From NCBI GenBank assembly GCA_965232515.1, contig CBDDPY010000002.1:6624001-6688000 (forward strand): 64,000 bases of DNA. The letters are read 5' to 3'. A program made the translations under genes and the position numbers. The notes below the pieces were generated by a model. The model was not told where the DNA came from, did not search any database, and saw nothing but the letters and a program-made list of their open reading frames with translations. This document shows positions 10,543-20,460 of this stretch, one piece after another (within the stretch, counting starts at the first letter, position 1; every line of letters begins with the position of its first letter). The DNA is from Alphaproteobacteria bacterium. Its GTDB lineage: Bacteria > Pseudomonadota > Alphaproteobacteria > GCA-2731375.

Positions 10543-11145
10543 ATGGCGCACGACCATCACAACGCTCCACCCTCGGATACGGCCATGCGCGTCAAGGCGC
10601 TTGAGACGCTGCTTACCGAGAAGGGGCTCGTCGATCCGGCCGCGATCGACACACTTGTCGAGCTTTACGAAACCCGCATCGGTCCCCGAAACGGCGCCAA
10701 GGTCGTTGCCCGCGCCTGGACGGATCCCGACTACAAGGAACGGCTGCTGACGGACAGCACCGCCGCCATCGCCGATCTCGGCTTCTCCGGCGTGCAGGGC
10801 GAGGACATGGTGGTGGTGGAGAACACGGACGGCGTCCACAACATCGTCGTCTGCACGCTCTGCTCCTGCTATCCCTGGCCGACCCTCGGCCTGCCGCCGA
10901 TCTGGTACAAAAGCGCGCCCTACCGGGGCCGCGTCGTCAGTGATCCGCGCGGCGTGCTGGAGGAGTTCGGCGTCGAGCTCGCCGACGACGTCGAGATCCG
11001 CGTCTGGGACAGCAATGCCGAGCTCCGCTATCTGGTGCTGCCGCAGCGGCCGGCCGGCACCGACGGTATGAGCGAAGATGATCTTACCGAGCTCGTGACC
11101 CGCGACTCCATGATCGGCACGGCGGTCGTGCAAGCACCGTCCTGA
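10543..11145 (+). CDS. nthA: Nitrile hydratase alpha subunit, cobalt type
   Basis: [10 protein letters not shown] metal-binding motif (Thr/Tyr indicates Co type). Confidence 0.96.
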   Translation: MAHDHHNAPPSDTAMRVKALETLLTEKGLVDPAAIDTLVELYETRIGPRNGAKVVARAWTDPDYKERLLTDSTAAIADLGFSGVQGEDMVVVENTDGVHNIVVCTLCSCYPWPTLGLPPIWYKSAPYRGRVVSDPRGVLEEFGVELADDVEIRVWDSNAELRYLVLPQRPAGTDGMSEDDLTELVTRDSMIGTAVVQAPS

Positions 11146-11162
11146 GGGCAGGGGAGCAAACG

Positions 11163-11477
11163 ATGAACGGAATCCATGACCTCGGCGGCATGCACGGCCT
11201 GGGGCCGATCGTGCGCGAGACCGACGAGCCTTACTTTCACGAGCAGTGGGAGAGCCGGGTTTTCGGCATGTTCTTCGCCGTCTTCGCCGAGGGGAAGTTC
11301 AATGTCGACCAGTTCCGCCACGCCATCGAACGCATGGCGCCGGAGGACTATCTGTCGACGTCCTACTACGAGCACTGGCTGCACGCCTTCGAAACGTTGC
11401 TGGCCGAAGAGGGCACCGTCACGCTCGAGGAGCTGGACGCGAAACAGGCCGAGCTGAGCCAGGCGGGAGGCGCATGA
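11163..11477 (+). CDS. nthB: Nitrile hydratase beta subunit, N-terminal half
   Basis: MNGIHDLGG, FHEQWE, RHAIERM, YYEHW; stops after 104 aa. Confidence 0.9.
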   Translation: MNGIHDLGGMHGLGPIVRETDEPYFHEQWESRVFGMFFAVFAEGKFNVDQFRHAIERMAPEDYLSTSYYEHWLHAFETLLAEEGTVTLEELDAKQAELSQAGGA

Positions 11478-11827
11478 TGCCAGCCCTCACGAGCGACGTG
11501 GTCCCGGGCCTGGTGGCCGGCGGGGCATCCTGCCGCATGGACGCCGACGTGGCGCCGAAATTCGCCGTCGGCGACAAGGTGCGGGCGATCAACATGAACC
11601 CGGTCGGCCACACCCGGCTGCCGCGTTACATCAGGGGCAAGGTCGGCACGGTCGCGCGCGACCACGGCGTGTTCGCGTTTCCCGACACCTCGGTCAGCGG
11701 GGTCCACAGCGACCCGCAGCATGTCTACAGCGTGCGGTTCGAGGGCGGCGAGCTCTGGGGCGCCGACGCCAACGCCAGGTCCAGTCTATATATCGACCTA
11801 TTCGACAACTATCTGGAGCCGGCCTGA
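11474..11827 (+). CDS. Nitrile hydratase beta subunit, C-terminal SH3-like half
   Basis: FAVGDKVR, GHTRLPRY.RGK.G, YSVRF..ELWG, YLEPA; ATGA overlap and GGAGG RBS. Confidence 0.9.
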   Translation: MMPALTSDVVPGLVAGGASCRMDADVAPKFAVGDKVRAINMNPVGHTRLPRYIRGKVGTVARDHGVFAFPDTSVSGVHSDPQHVYSVRFEGGELWGADANARSSLYIDLFDNYLEPA

Positions 11828-11844
11828 AAGCTGGCGGCGGCGTT

Positions 11845-12210
11845 ATGACTGAGCAGCCGGAGCTGCCGAAACTGCCCTGGGACGGCGAAGAGGGGCCGGT
11901 CTTCCAGGCGCCGTGGCAGGCGAGCGCGTTTGCCATGACCGTGCGCCTGTTCGAACAGGGACACTTCACCTGGCCCGAATGGACCGACTATCTCTCGGCC
12001 GAGATCGCCGCCGCCCGCCGGCGCGGCGAGCCGGACCTGGGCGACCGCTACTACGAATACTGGCTCGCCGCGCTCGAAAAGCTGGTCGTCGCCAAGGGCC
12101 TGGGCACGGCGGACCAGCTCGGCCAGCTGAAGTCGGACTGGACCGAGGCCACGCTGGCCACCCCGCACGGTCAGCCGATCGAGCTGAAAAACCGCCGCCC
12201 GCTCGACTGA
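11845..12210 (+). CDS. Nitrile hydratase accessory/activator protein (P14K-like)
   Basis: PVFQAPWQA.AF, YYEYWLAALE, TPHGQPIEL. Confidence 0.9.
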   Translation: MTEQPELPKLPWDGEEGPVFQAPWQASAFAMTVRLFEQGHFTWPEWTDYLSAEIAAARRRGEPDLGDRYYEYWLAALEKLVVAKGLGTADQLGQLKSDWTEATLATPHGQPIELKNRRPLD

Positions 12211-12243
12211 CCGGCCGGAATTATCCGGCCCGAGGGTCGCGTT

Positions 12244-13758
12244 CTACATCGCCTGCCAGTCGCTCGCCTGCTCGAACGCGTGCGCGGCCCGATAGATCGA
12301 CGCCTCGTCGTAGCGCTTCGCCGTCAGCATCATGCCGATCGGCCGGCCGTCGCCCATGCCGCACGGCAGGCTCATCGAGGGATGGCCGGTGATGTCGAAC
12401 GGGCTCGTGTTGGTGATCATCTCCAGCCCGCGGGCGATGACCTCGTCGATCCCCGCGTCCGGCTCGGGCAGCTTGGTCGCCTTCAACGGCAGCGTCGGCA
12501 TCAGCAGCAGATCGAAGTCCTGCAACGCCTTGTCATATGCGGCACTGAGCTGGCGGGTCAGGTTCTGGCACTTGCCGTAGAAGCGGCCGTTGTAGCGCTT
12601 GATGAACCATTCGCCCAGGAACATGCAGAGCTTGAGCGTCGGCGACAGTTCGTCGGCGCGCTCGCGCCACTGCGCGTGGCGGTCCATCAGGCTGGTCAGA
12701 TACAGGCCCTTCCAGTTCATGCCGTAGCCGTTGCCCAGCATCATCTGCCAGTGCAGGCCTTCGATGGCGACCGGCGTCCAGATCGCCGGGCCCATCAGGT
12801 GCATCGGCACCGAGACCTCCTCGACATGCGCCTGCAGGCCTTCGAACACTTGGCCGGCCTTGCGCACCGCTTCATCGACGTCCGGCTCCGAGATCTCGTG
12901 GCCGAAGCCTTCGGTGACGACGCCGATGCGCATGCCGCTCACGCCCTTGCCCAGCGCGTCTGTGTATTTCGCCGGCTCGACGCTGTATTGGCGCGGGTCC
13001 ATGCCATCCTCGCCGGCGATCGCTTCCAGCAGTAGCGCATTGTCCGCGACATTGGCCGTCATCGGGCCGGTATGGTCGATCGTGACCTCGATCGGCATGA
13101 TGCCGGTATAGGGCACCAGGCCGTGCGTCGGCTTCATGCCGTAGATGCCCGAATAAGACGCCGGAATGCGGATCGAGCCGCCCTGGTCGCCGCCGATCGC
13201 CATGTCGACCTCGCCCGCGGCCACCAGCGCCGCCGAGCCCGACGAGGAGCCGCCGGCCGAATAGCCGGGCTTGCGGGGATTGATCACCGGCGCCGGCGCG
13301 CTGGTGTGGCTGCCGCCGGACAGGCAGAAATACTCGCACACGGCCTTGCCGGTAATGGTGCCGCCAGCGTCCAGGATGCGCGTGACGATGGTGGCGTCGA
13401 TCTCGGGCACATAGCCCTCGAGCGTCGAGGCGCCGTTCATCATCGGCACGCCCGCCAGGCACACATTGTCCTTCAGCGCGATGGTCTTGCCGGCGAGCGG
13501 CCCGTCGGCCGCGCCCTTGACCTCGGTTTTCCAGTACCAGGCGTTGTACGGATTTTCCTCGGGCCCCGGCCGGTATCCCGTGCTGCGCGGATATTTCACC
13601 TCCGGCAGATAATCCGGCGCCTGATCGATCAGGTCATAGGCCGCGCAAGTGCCGTTGATGTTGTCCAGAAAGATCTCCGCCTCGCGGTCGCTGACCGACA
13701 TGCCGAGATCGTCAGCGATCTCCCGAAACTGCGCCATCGTGGGCCGCCTGACTGCCAT
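12244..13758 (-). CDS. Amidase (amidase-signature family)
   Basis: KDN, GGSSSGS, GGDQGGSIRIP; N-terminus MAVRRPT like NHase-linked amidases. Confidence 0.95.
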   Translation of the reverse strand: MAVRRPTMAQFREIADDLGMSVSDREAEIFLDNINGTCAAYDLIDQAPDYLPEVKYPRSTGYRPGPEENPYNAWYWKTEVKGAADGPLAGKTIALKDNVCLAGVPMMNGASTLEGYVPEIDATIVTRILDAGGTITGKAVCEYFCLSGGSHTSAPAPVINPRKPGYSAGGSSSGSAALVAAGEVDMAIGGDQGGSIRIPASYSGIYGMKPTHGLVPYTGIMPIEVTIDHTGPMTANVADNALLLEAIAGEDGMDPRQYSVEPAKYTDALGKGVSGMRIGVVTEGFGHEISEPDVDEAVRKAGQVFEGLQAHVEEVSVPMHLMGPAIWTPVAIEGLHWQMMLGNGYGMNWKGLYLTSLMDRHAQWRERADELSPTLKLCMFLGEWFIKRYNGRFYGKCQNLTRQLSAAYDKALQDFDLLLMPTLPLKATKLPEPDAGIDEVIARGLEMITNTSPFDITGHPSMSLPCGMGDGRPIGMMLTAKRYDEASIYRAAHAFEQASDWQAM

Positions 13759-13943
13759 CGTTCCCTCCGTCCGTGATCGAGTTGATGTGAACCGAAATCG
13801 CCAACGCGTACCCTTTGATGCGGGCAACCGTTCGACGCCGCCGCATCAAGAAGAAAGCATGACGAAGCGCCTGAGGACATGCAAGGCAGGGCGCCGGATC
13901 GGCCCGTATTCCGCTATCGGTTGGGGCTTGAAATCGCAAAAAA

Positions 13944-13959
13944 TGACAATATATTGTCA
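13944..13959. promoter_or_regulatory. MarR-type operator palindrome
   Basis: TGACAATATATTGTCA perfect palindrome followed by a degenerate second copy upstream of marR. Confidence 0.65.
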
Positions 13960-13995
13960 AATTGGTAATACATTGTCATATGTCAGCGAAACGAC

Positions 13996-14457
13996 ATGCA
14001 ATCGACGCGACGGGCAAAACGGCACACGGCGGCAGGCGCGGCCTTGACCGAACTGATCCTCGAGACGTTCCGCTTCAACGGCGCGCTTCTGGCGGCGGGG
14101 GACGGCCTGACACGGGATCTCGGCCTCACCAGCGCCCGCTGGCAAATCCTGGGCGCCATCGACGACGGCCCGCTGCCGGTGGCGCAGATCGCCCGCAACA
14201 TGGGCCTGACCCGCCAGGCGGTGCAGCGGGTCGCGAACGACCTGGCGGCGGAGGACTTCGTCGCCTTCGCGCACAACCCCGATCATCAGCGCGCCAAGTT
14301 GGTCCACCTCACCGACAAGGGCCGCCATGCGCTCGACGAGGTCAGCCGTCGGCAGACCGCCTGGGCCAACCGCATCGCCATGTGCGTCGACGCGGCCGAC
14401 TTGGAGACAGCGACAACGGCCGTCCGCGTGCTGCGCGCCGCCTTGGAAGCCGACTGA
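13996..14457 (+). CDS. MarR family regulator
   Basis: GLTSARWQILG, GLTRQAVQR, NPDHQRAKLV.LT.KG. Confidence 0.92.
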   Translation: MQSTRRAKRHTAAGAALTELILETFRFNGALLAAGDGLTRDLGLTSARWQILGAIDDGPLPVAQIARNMGLTRQAVQRVANDLAAEDFVAFAHNPDHQRAKLVHLTDKGRHALDEVSRRQTAWANRIAMCVDAADLETATTAVRVLRAALEAD

Positions 14458-14483
14458 ACGGAAAAGCGAGAAGGGACGCTCCC

Positions 14484-14966
14484 ATGTACAAGACCGCCAA
14501 GGCCCTGCACCTGATCGGCCTCGCCATGTTTCTCGGCAGCATCCTCGGCCATATCAGCATCGGCTTCCTGCCCGGCGCCGGCGAAGCGGGGCAAGCAATT
14601 CTGTTCGGCCGTCAGGCCATCGCCGTCGCCACCTGGTGGCTGACCCTGCCGGGCCTGGCGGTGCTGGTGATCACCGGCCTGTTCATGACAGTGCAGGGCG
14701 GGCACGGCATCGGGCGAAGGCGCTGGCTCACCGCGCACCAGGTCCTGGCCGCGCTGATCGTGCTCAACGCCGCTCTCGTGCTGGTGCCCGGCGGCGAGAC
14801 GCTGCACGCCCTCGCGGCCGAGGTCGCCGACGGCCGTCAGGCGGTGCACGCAATGCAGGCGCCTGCCGGCCGGGAAAGCATGTTCGGCGCCGCCAACCTG
14901 CTAATGGCACTGGTTGCAATTTTCATCGCCGTCCTGAAGCCGGCCTTCGGACAGCTTCGCACCTGA
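14484..14966 (+). CDS. DUF2269-like 4-TM membrane protein
   Basis: K.LH, TG, C-terminal VLKP pattern. Confidence 0.7.
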   Translation: MYKTAKALHLIGLAMFLGSILGHISIGFLPGAGEAGQAILFGRQAIAVATWWLTLPGLAVLVITGLFMTVQGGHGIGRRRWLTAHQVLAALIVLNAALVLVPGGETLHALAAEVADGRQAVHAMQAPAGRESMFGAANLLMALVAIFIAVLKPAFGQLRT

Positions 14967-14974
14967 GGCCCGCC

Positions 14975-15553
14975 ATGGACGTCTACGCGCTGCTGAAGTT
15001 CCTGCACATCGTCGGCTTCATCCTGCTCGGCGGCGGCCTGCTGGCCGTGTTCGTCTCCGAGCTGCGGGCCTACCGCACCGACGATGTCGCCCGTTTCGCC
15101 GAAGCCGCGTGGTACACGGCCGCTTTCTACGACGGCCTCGCCGTGCCGGGCGCCATTCTTGTTGGCCTGTCCGGCCTGTTCCTGACCTTCGAGCTCGGGC
15201 TCGGCTTCTTCGAGGAACCCTGGCTCATCGGAATGTGGGGCCTGTTCCTGTTCGAGTTCATCGAAGGCAACACCGTGACCCGCGTGCAGTTCCGCCGCAC
15301 CCTGCGCCGCTGTCGTGACCTGAACATGGCCGGCGGTCTCAGCGAACAAGACCGCGATGCGGCCCGCACCCGCCTCGGCCAGCTCACCCACTTCCTCGAC
15401 GTGCCGCTGTTCCTGGTGATCGTCTATTGCGGCGTCCTACGTCCCGACACCTGGACGCACGTGCTCACCGCGATCGCTGTGGCCATCGTCGCCGCCCTGA
15501 TCCTGACCGCGCTGGTGCCCCGGCTCGCGCGCGCTCGAGTGGTGGCGGCGTGA
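14975..15553 (+). CDS. DUF2269-like membrane protein
   Basis: YALLKFLHI, LSGL, PWL, GVLRP; 5 TM. Confidence 0.7.
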   Translation: MDVYALLKFLHIVGFILLGGGLLAVFVSELRAYRTDDVARFAEAAWYTAAFYDGLAVPGAILVGLSGLFLTFELGLGFFEEPWLIGMWGLFLFEFIEGNTVTRVQFRRTLRRCRDLNMAGGLSEQDRDAARTRLGQLTHFLDVPLFLVIVYCGVLRPDTWTHVLTAIAVAIVAALILTALVPRLARARVVAA

Positions 15554-15559
15554 TGCGAT

Positions 15560-16228
15560 CTAGAGATTGGCGACGACCAGCGCTTCCAGCTTTTCCGGCA
15601 AGTCCGGCGCGCGGACGATGGTGCCATGGCAGGGTACCAGCGTGTCGGGCTTGTCCTGGTGGATCCGCGCCGTCACCCAGGCCGCATAGACCTTGCGGTC
15701 CGCCACGCCGAAATTCGGAAAGGTCTTCAGCATCTCCGGCGCGTCCGTGACGCCACCGGACTTACCGGCTTTCGGACCGCTGAAGGCATCGACCACGAAC
15801 CAGGTCGTTCGACCGCCGGCGGACAAACGCAGCCAGACCTCGCCCGTCTTCAATCCGTCCGTCTCGATGAATTTGATGTCGCGAGGCAGCTCCTTCTTCA
15901 GGCTTTCGAGATCGTTCGGCTCCAGGCCGGTGATCTTGCGCAGCCTTGGCGCGGCCGCTGCCGGGGCACAGAGGATGGTGTCGGGGAAGGCCTCGGCATA
16001 CTCGGCCAAGCCCTTGTTGTGATAGTGGTTCGGCGCCAGCAGATAGGCCACGCGACCGATCGCCGACAGGCTGTCCAACGCCGGCTGGCTCAGGCCCTGC
16101 ACGGGACTGAACAGGCAGACGCCGCCGTCCTTCAAGACAATCGCCGAACAGCGTAGCGTGCCCTTTTGCGCCGCATAGACACCGTCGAGGCCATCGATCG
16201 GTTCGAAGGAAGACAACGCCGCGGCCAT
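15560..16228 (-). CDS. Metallo-beta-lactamase-fold protein (DUF4336-like)
   Basis: LFSP, APNHYH, D..F, PCHG. Confidence 0.75.
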   Translation of the reverse strand: MAAALSSFEPIDGLDGVYAAQKGTLRCSAIVLKDGGVCLFSPVQGLSQPALDSLSAIGRVAYLLAPNHYHNKGLAEYAEAFPDTILCAPAAAAPRLRKITGLEPNDLESLKKELPRDIKFIETDGLKTGEVWLRLSAGGRTTWFVVDAFSGPKAGKSGGVTDAPEMLKTFPNFGVADRKVYAAWVTARIHQDKPDTLVPCHGTIVRAPDLPEKLEALVVANL

Positions 16229-16240
16229 GCCGACACCATT

Positions 16241-16260
16241 TCTTGAGCAATCGTTCAAGA
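16241..16260. promoter_or_regulatory. TetR operator between divergent genes
   Basis: TCTTGAGC-AATC-GTTCAAGA imperfect palindrome. Confidence 0.6.
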
Positions 16261-16300
16261 AAAGGCTATCATGCCGCCGGACCACTGCAAAGAGGGACCG

Positions 16301-16879
16301 ATGGGCCGGCGTCAGGAATTCGATACGGCCGACGCGCTCGACAACGCCCTGCAGGTCTTCTGGACCAAGGGCTACCGGGCGACGTCGATGGCCGACCTCG
16401 AGGCGGCGACCGGGCTCAATCCCGGCAGCCTCTACAACACCTTCGGCAGCAAGAGGGGCCTGTTCCTCGCCGTCGTCGATCACTACATCGAGCGGACCGT
16501 CGGCCACCGCATCGCGACCATCCTGAACGTCGGCCCGCCGCTCGACGCCATCGAGGCGTTCTTCCGCACCGCCTACGAGGACATCGAGCCCGAGGGCCTG
16601 ATCGGCTGCCTGCTCACCAACACCGCCGCCGAGATCGGCCGCGACGAAGCCGAGATCCGCGAGCGCGTCGCGGCCGGCATCGCCCAAATCGAAGCCGCCT
16701 TCCGCCAGCGCCTGTCGGAAGCGCAAGACGCGGGCGCCTTATCCCCCGACAAGGACCCCGCCATCCTCGCCGTGCATCTCACGTCCAGCTACCAGGGCGC
16801 GTCCGTCATCGGTCGCCTCTCCCGCGACAAGACCCGGCTAAAGGCCATCACCGACGCCGCTCTGCAGGCGCTGCGCTAG
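16301..16879 (+). CDS. TetR family regulator (NemR/ComR-like)
   Basis: MGRRQEFD, FWTKGY..TS, GSLYNTFGSK, GCLLTN. Confidence 0.93.
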   Translation: MGRRQEFDTADALDNALQVFWTKGYRATSMADLEAATGLNPGSLYNTFGSKRGLFLAVVDHYIERTVGHRIATILNVGPPLDAIEAFFRTAYEDIEPEGLIGCLLTNTAAEIGRDEAEIRERVAAGIAQIEAAFRQRLSEAQDAGALSPDKDPAILAVHLTSSYQGASVIGRLSRDKTRLKAITDAALQALR

Positions 16880-17751
16880 GACCGCGTCGCGGCCTGTTCG
16901 ACGGCGGTCCAGTCGGCGAGGCCCATCATATTGGCGACGTCTTCCAAGCCCATCATGGCCGCGGCGCTCTCTGGCCCGAGCGCGCCGTTCTCCAACAGGT
17001 CGCGGTAGATCCGCATCTGCACCTGCAGCGCCGCGCTCAAGCCGGTGACGGCGTAAAGCACGAGCTTGACGCCGATCTCGGCATAGGCGGCGTGCGACAG
17101 CATGGTCTCCGGCCAGTCCGGCACGCCGCCGACCATGGCGACCGGGCCATCAACTTCCCGGCACAGCCGCCGCAGCTCGTCGAGCGAATAGGGCTCGGCG
17201 ATCATGGCCATATCAGCGCCGGCCGCGAGATAGGCGTTAAGCCGCGCGATCGCCGCGTCGAGCCCCTCCGTCGCCTTGGCGTCCGTGCGCGCGATGATCA
17301 CGAAGTCCGGATCGCGGCGCGCGCCGAGCGCGGCGTTTAGCCGCGCCAGCATCTCGTCTTCCGGCACCACGCGGCGTCCGGCCAGCCCGCCGCAGCGTTT
17401 CGGCAGCGCCTGGTCCTCGATATGGATGCCGGCGATGCCGTGCCGTTCGAAGTCGCGCACCGTGCGGTGCACGTTGATGGCGCCGCCGTAGCCGGTATCG
17501 GCGTCCGAGATCACCGGCACGGAAACCGCATCCGCGATCCGGCCGGCATGCGCTACCACTTCGGCCTCCGAGGCGAGGCCGATATCGGGCATGCCCAGCA
17601 TCGAGGCCTCCATGCCGAAGCCCGTCAGATAGACCGCGTCGGCCCCGACCGCCTCCACCACCCGGGCGCTCGCCCCGTCATAGGCGCCCGGCACCAGCAG
17701 CGGCCCCTCTGTGGCCAGCACCTGTCGCAGCCGCGTCGTCGTCTTCGTCAT
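16876..17751 (-). CDS. Isocitrate lyase/PEP mutase family (PrpB-like) lyase
   Basis: DADTGYG, IEDQ..PKRCG, IARTDA. Confidence 0.92.
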   Translation of the reverse strand: MTKTTTRLRQVLATEGPLLVPGAYDGASARVVEAVGADAVYLTGFGMEASMLGMPDIGLASEAEVVAHAGRIADAVSVPVISDADTGYGGAINVHRTVRDFERHGIAGIHIEDQALPKRCGGLAGRRVVPEDEMLARLNAALGARRDPDFVIIARTDAKATEGLDAAIARLNAYLAAGADMAMIAEPYSLDELRRLCREVDGPVAMVGGVPDWPETMLSHAAYAEIGVKLVLYAVTGLSAALQVQMRIYRDLLENGALGPESAAAMMGLEDVANMMGLADWTAVEQAATRS

Positions 17752-17779
17752 GGCGGTCACTCCCTGTTGCCGGTGCAGA

Positions 17780-18904
17780 TTAACCGCGACGGCGTCCGGC
17801 CGCGACCGCGCGCCGTTCCGACCAGTCCAGGAACCAGCGCGCAACGGGGCTCTGTGTGACGTCGCCGCGACCCAAGCGGTAATCGCGCGACAGGCCATCG
17901 CTGTTGGCCAGCAGGATCAACGATGCGCCGTGCGCCAGGTCCTTGATCCACAGCGCCGAATAGGTCTCGATCTGCCAGCCGTAGTGCCAGACCAGTTTGC
18001 GGCCATCGAGATCCTGCACGAACCAGCCGATGCCGTAGGGCGAGAGGCTGCCGTCGGTGAGGCGCGTGGGCGTGGTCATCTGCGTCCAGACCGCGTCCGT
18101 CACCAGCCCGCCCGGCCTGAAGGCGATGTCGAGCGTCGCCAGGTCGCGCGCCGAGCTGATCAGGCCGGCCGCCGCGCTCAGCCGGCTGGTCAGCAGCGGC
18201 TGCACGCGCCAGGTGCCGTCCGCGCCTCGGACATGCGGTGTCGCCAGGGCCGCGATCACGTCGGCGGCTTCTCGATCGCCGATCCCGGCGGCCGTTTGCC
18301 GCAGCCCCAGCGGCACGATCACCTCCCAGCGCATGACCTCGGCGAAGGTCGCGCCGGGCTGGATCGCGTCCGCGATCGCGCCGCTCATCAAACTGAACAG
18401 AAAGCCGTTGTAGCGATAGGCCGAACCGACCGGTCGGCGGCTGGTATGCGTGGCCGCGGTGCGGAGCGTGACGCTGTCGTCGCCGCAGGCGATGCGGTTC
18501 ATCAGGCTCGATCCGCGGCCCTTGAAGTAGGCCTTCAGTTCCGGGCAACGCTCCCGGAACCGCCGCGACGCCTGCGCCAGCGGCATGTCCAGATCGAGCT
18601 TGCCGTCGGCCACGGCGCGCAGCAGCAGCGCCGCCGCCGGCGGTTTGGTCAGCGAGGCGATACGAAACGGGGTCTCCGCGTCCACCGGCGCGCCGGAGCG
18701 GATATCGCGCACGCCGAAGCCGCCAGACTCGGCGATCCTGCCGTCGACAACCACGGCATAGCCGACCCCGGGCGCCTTCAGTTCATCGAAACGCTCGGCC
18801 AGCAGTTCGCCGAACGCGGTTGGTTCGGAAGCCGCCGGCATGCATGCTGAGAGCAGCACGGTGACGCCCACGATCCGCATCAAAAGCGCTGTCCGCGCGT
18901 GCAT
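17780..18904 (-). CDS. Serine hydrolase (beta-lactamase family), probable lipoprotein
   Basis: FRIASLTK (SxxK), YRYN, WHYG; LLSAC lipobox. Confidence 0.88.
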   Translation of the reverse strand: MHARTALLMRIVGVTVLLSACMPAASEPTAFGELLAERFDELKAPGVGYAVVVDGRIAESGGFGVRDIRSGAPVDAETPFRIASLTKPPAAALLLRAVADGKLDLDMPLAQASRRFRERCPELKAYFKGRGSSLMNRIACGDDSVTLRTAATHTSRRPVGSAYRYNGFLFSLMSGAIADAIQPGATFAEVMRWEVIVPLGLRQTAAGIGDREAADVIAALATPHVRGADGTWRVQPLLTSRLSAAAGLISSARDLATLDIAFRPGGLVTDAVWTQMTTPTRLTDGSLSPYGIGWFVQDLDGRKLVWHYGWQIETYSALWIKDLAHGASLILLANSDGLSRDYRLGRGDVTQSPVARWFLDWSERRAVAAGRRRG

Positions 18905-18986
18905 GTCCACCCCCTAAAGACTCCAGCGGTGATCCACCGGCCAAGATCTGCGTAACAGATTTTGATTGATTGTGACGGGAATAACG

Positions 18987-19730
18987 ATGCCGGACCGGGC
19001 CACGCTCTACACCTTCCGCGTCAGCCACTTCTGCGAGAAGGCGCGCTGGGCGCTCGACCTCGGCGGCGTCGACTATCGCGAGGAGCGCTGGGCGCCGGGA
19101 CCGCACGCGTTGGCGGCGCGGCGGCTCGGCACCGACAGCAGCCTGCCGATCCTGCACTGCGCCGAGGGCGTGATCCAGGGCAGCGGCGCCATCATCGACT
19201 GGCTCGAAGCCGCGGGTCGGGCAGGGTGGTGCGACGCCGTGCCGGCGGCGCGCGCCGACATGGTTGAACTCGAAACGTGCGCCGACAACCGCATCGGCAT
19301 CTCCGTGCGCCGGCTGATCTACGCTTCCGGCCTCTCGGTCGAGCCCCGCCCGATCGCGCGCCAGCTTTTCGCCGGCGCCACGCCGTCTCAGCGTCGGCTG
19401 GCCTGGGTCATGTGGCCCCTGACGCGGCAACTCATGGCTTTCGGCATGCGCGCGCGGCCGCGCGACCGCGATGCGGCGCGGGCCGACGTCGACCGAGAGC
19501 TCGACGCCCTCGACGCGCGCCTGGGCGACGGGCGCCCGTTCCTGGTCGGCGACCGCCTCAGCCGCGCCGATATCGCCGTCGCCAGCCTGATCGCGCCACT
19601 CGCCAAGCCGCCGCAACACCCCATCTACCGCGACCTCACGCCCTGGACCACGTACCAGCGTCTGGTCGACGACTATCAGGACAGGCCAACGATACGCTGG
19701 GTCCGCCGCCTCTACGCCGACCACCGCTAG
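18987..19730 (+). CDS. Glutathione S-transferase family protein
   Basis: SHFCEKARWALD, LP.L, GS..I, ADIAVASL. Confidence 0.88.
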   Translation: MPDRATLYTFRVSHFCEKARWALDLGGVDYREERWAPGPHALAARRLGTDSSLPILHCAEGVIQGSGAIIDWLEAAGRAGWCDAVPAARADMVELETCADNRIGISVRRLIYASGLSVEPRPIARQLFAGATPSQRRLAWVMWPLTRQLMAFGMRARPRDRDAARADVDRELDALDARLGDGRPFLVGDRLSRADIAVASLIAPLAKPPQHPIYRDLTPWTTYQRLVDDYQDRPTIRWVRRLYADHR

Positions 19731-19753
19731 CTGGACCTTGCCACCGGCGACCG

Positions 19754-20425
19754 CTACGCGGCTTCCGCCATGAGTTGCGACAGGTGCGACTTGCGGGTTT
19801 CGAGGAAGCGCCAGAGGCGCGCCTCGTAGTCGGCCGCCACAGCGCTGCGGATCGATGGCCGCTGCGCCAGCGCCGCGCGCCAGGCTGCGACCTTCGGCTT
19901 GGCGTCGAACGCGCCGAAATCGCCGATCCGGTCGAACACGTCGAAATAGCGGAACACCGGCCCGAACGCGGCGTCGACCAGCGAGAACGCCGTGCCGTCG
20001 AAATAGGGGCCGTCACCCAGCCGTTCCTCCAGCCGACGGAACCTGCCGGCCAGCGCGGCGGCCTTGCTCTGAAGGGCGTCCGCGTCCGCCGCGGCGTAGA
20101 AGCCCCAGATGTCGTTCAGCACGGCAGAGCCGAACTCGATCCACGACCGGTGCTCGGCCCGGCGCAAGGGGTCTTCGGGGTGCAATGGCCGCGGCTGGGT
20201 TTCCTCCAGGTATTCCAGGATCACGGCGGATTCGAAAACCGGCGTGCCATCGACGGTCAGGACCGGCGTCTTGCCCAGCGGCGACAGGGCGAGGAACCAG
20301 CCCGGTTTGTTCGACAAGTCGATGTCGCGGCGCCGAAACGGCACCCGTTTCTCGGTCAGCGCGATCACCGCGCGCTGCACATAGGGACAGAGGTGATGGC
20401 TCACCAGCATCAGGTTCTCGGTCAT
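19754..20425 (-). CDS. Glutathione S-transferase (omega/tau-like)
   Basis: CPYVQRA, SPLGKTPVL, FESAVI. Confidence 0.92.
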   Translation of the reverse strand: MTENLMLVSHHLCPYVQRAVIALTEKRVPFRRRDIDLSNKPGWFLALSPLGKTPVLTVDGTPVFESAVILEYLEETQPRPLHPEDPLRRAEHRSWIEFGSAVLNDIWGFYAAADADALQSKAAALAGRFRRLEERLGDGPYFDGTAFSLVDAAFGPVFRYFDVFDRIGDFGAFDAKPKVAAWRAALAQRPSIRSAVAADYEARLWRFLETRKSHLSQLMAEAA

Positions 20426-20460
20426 GAATGATCTCCTTGGAAAGACGATGCTGATCGCGG

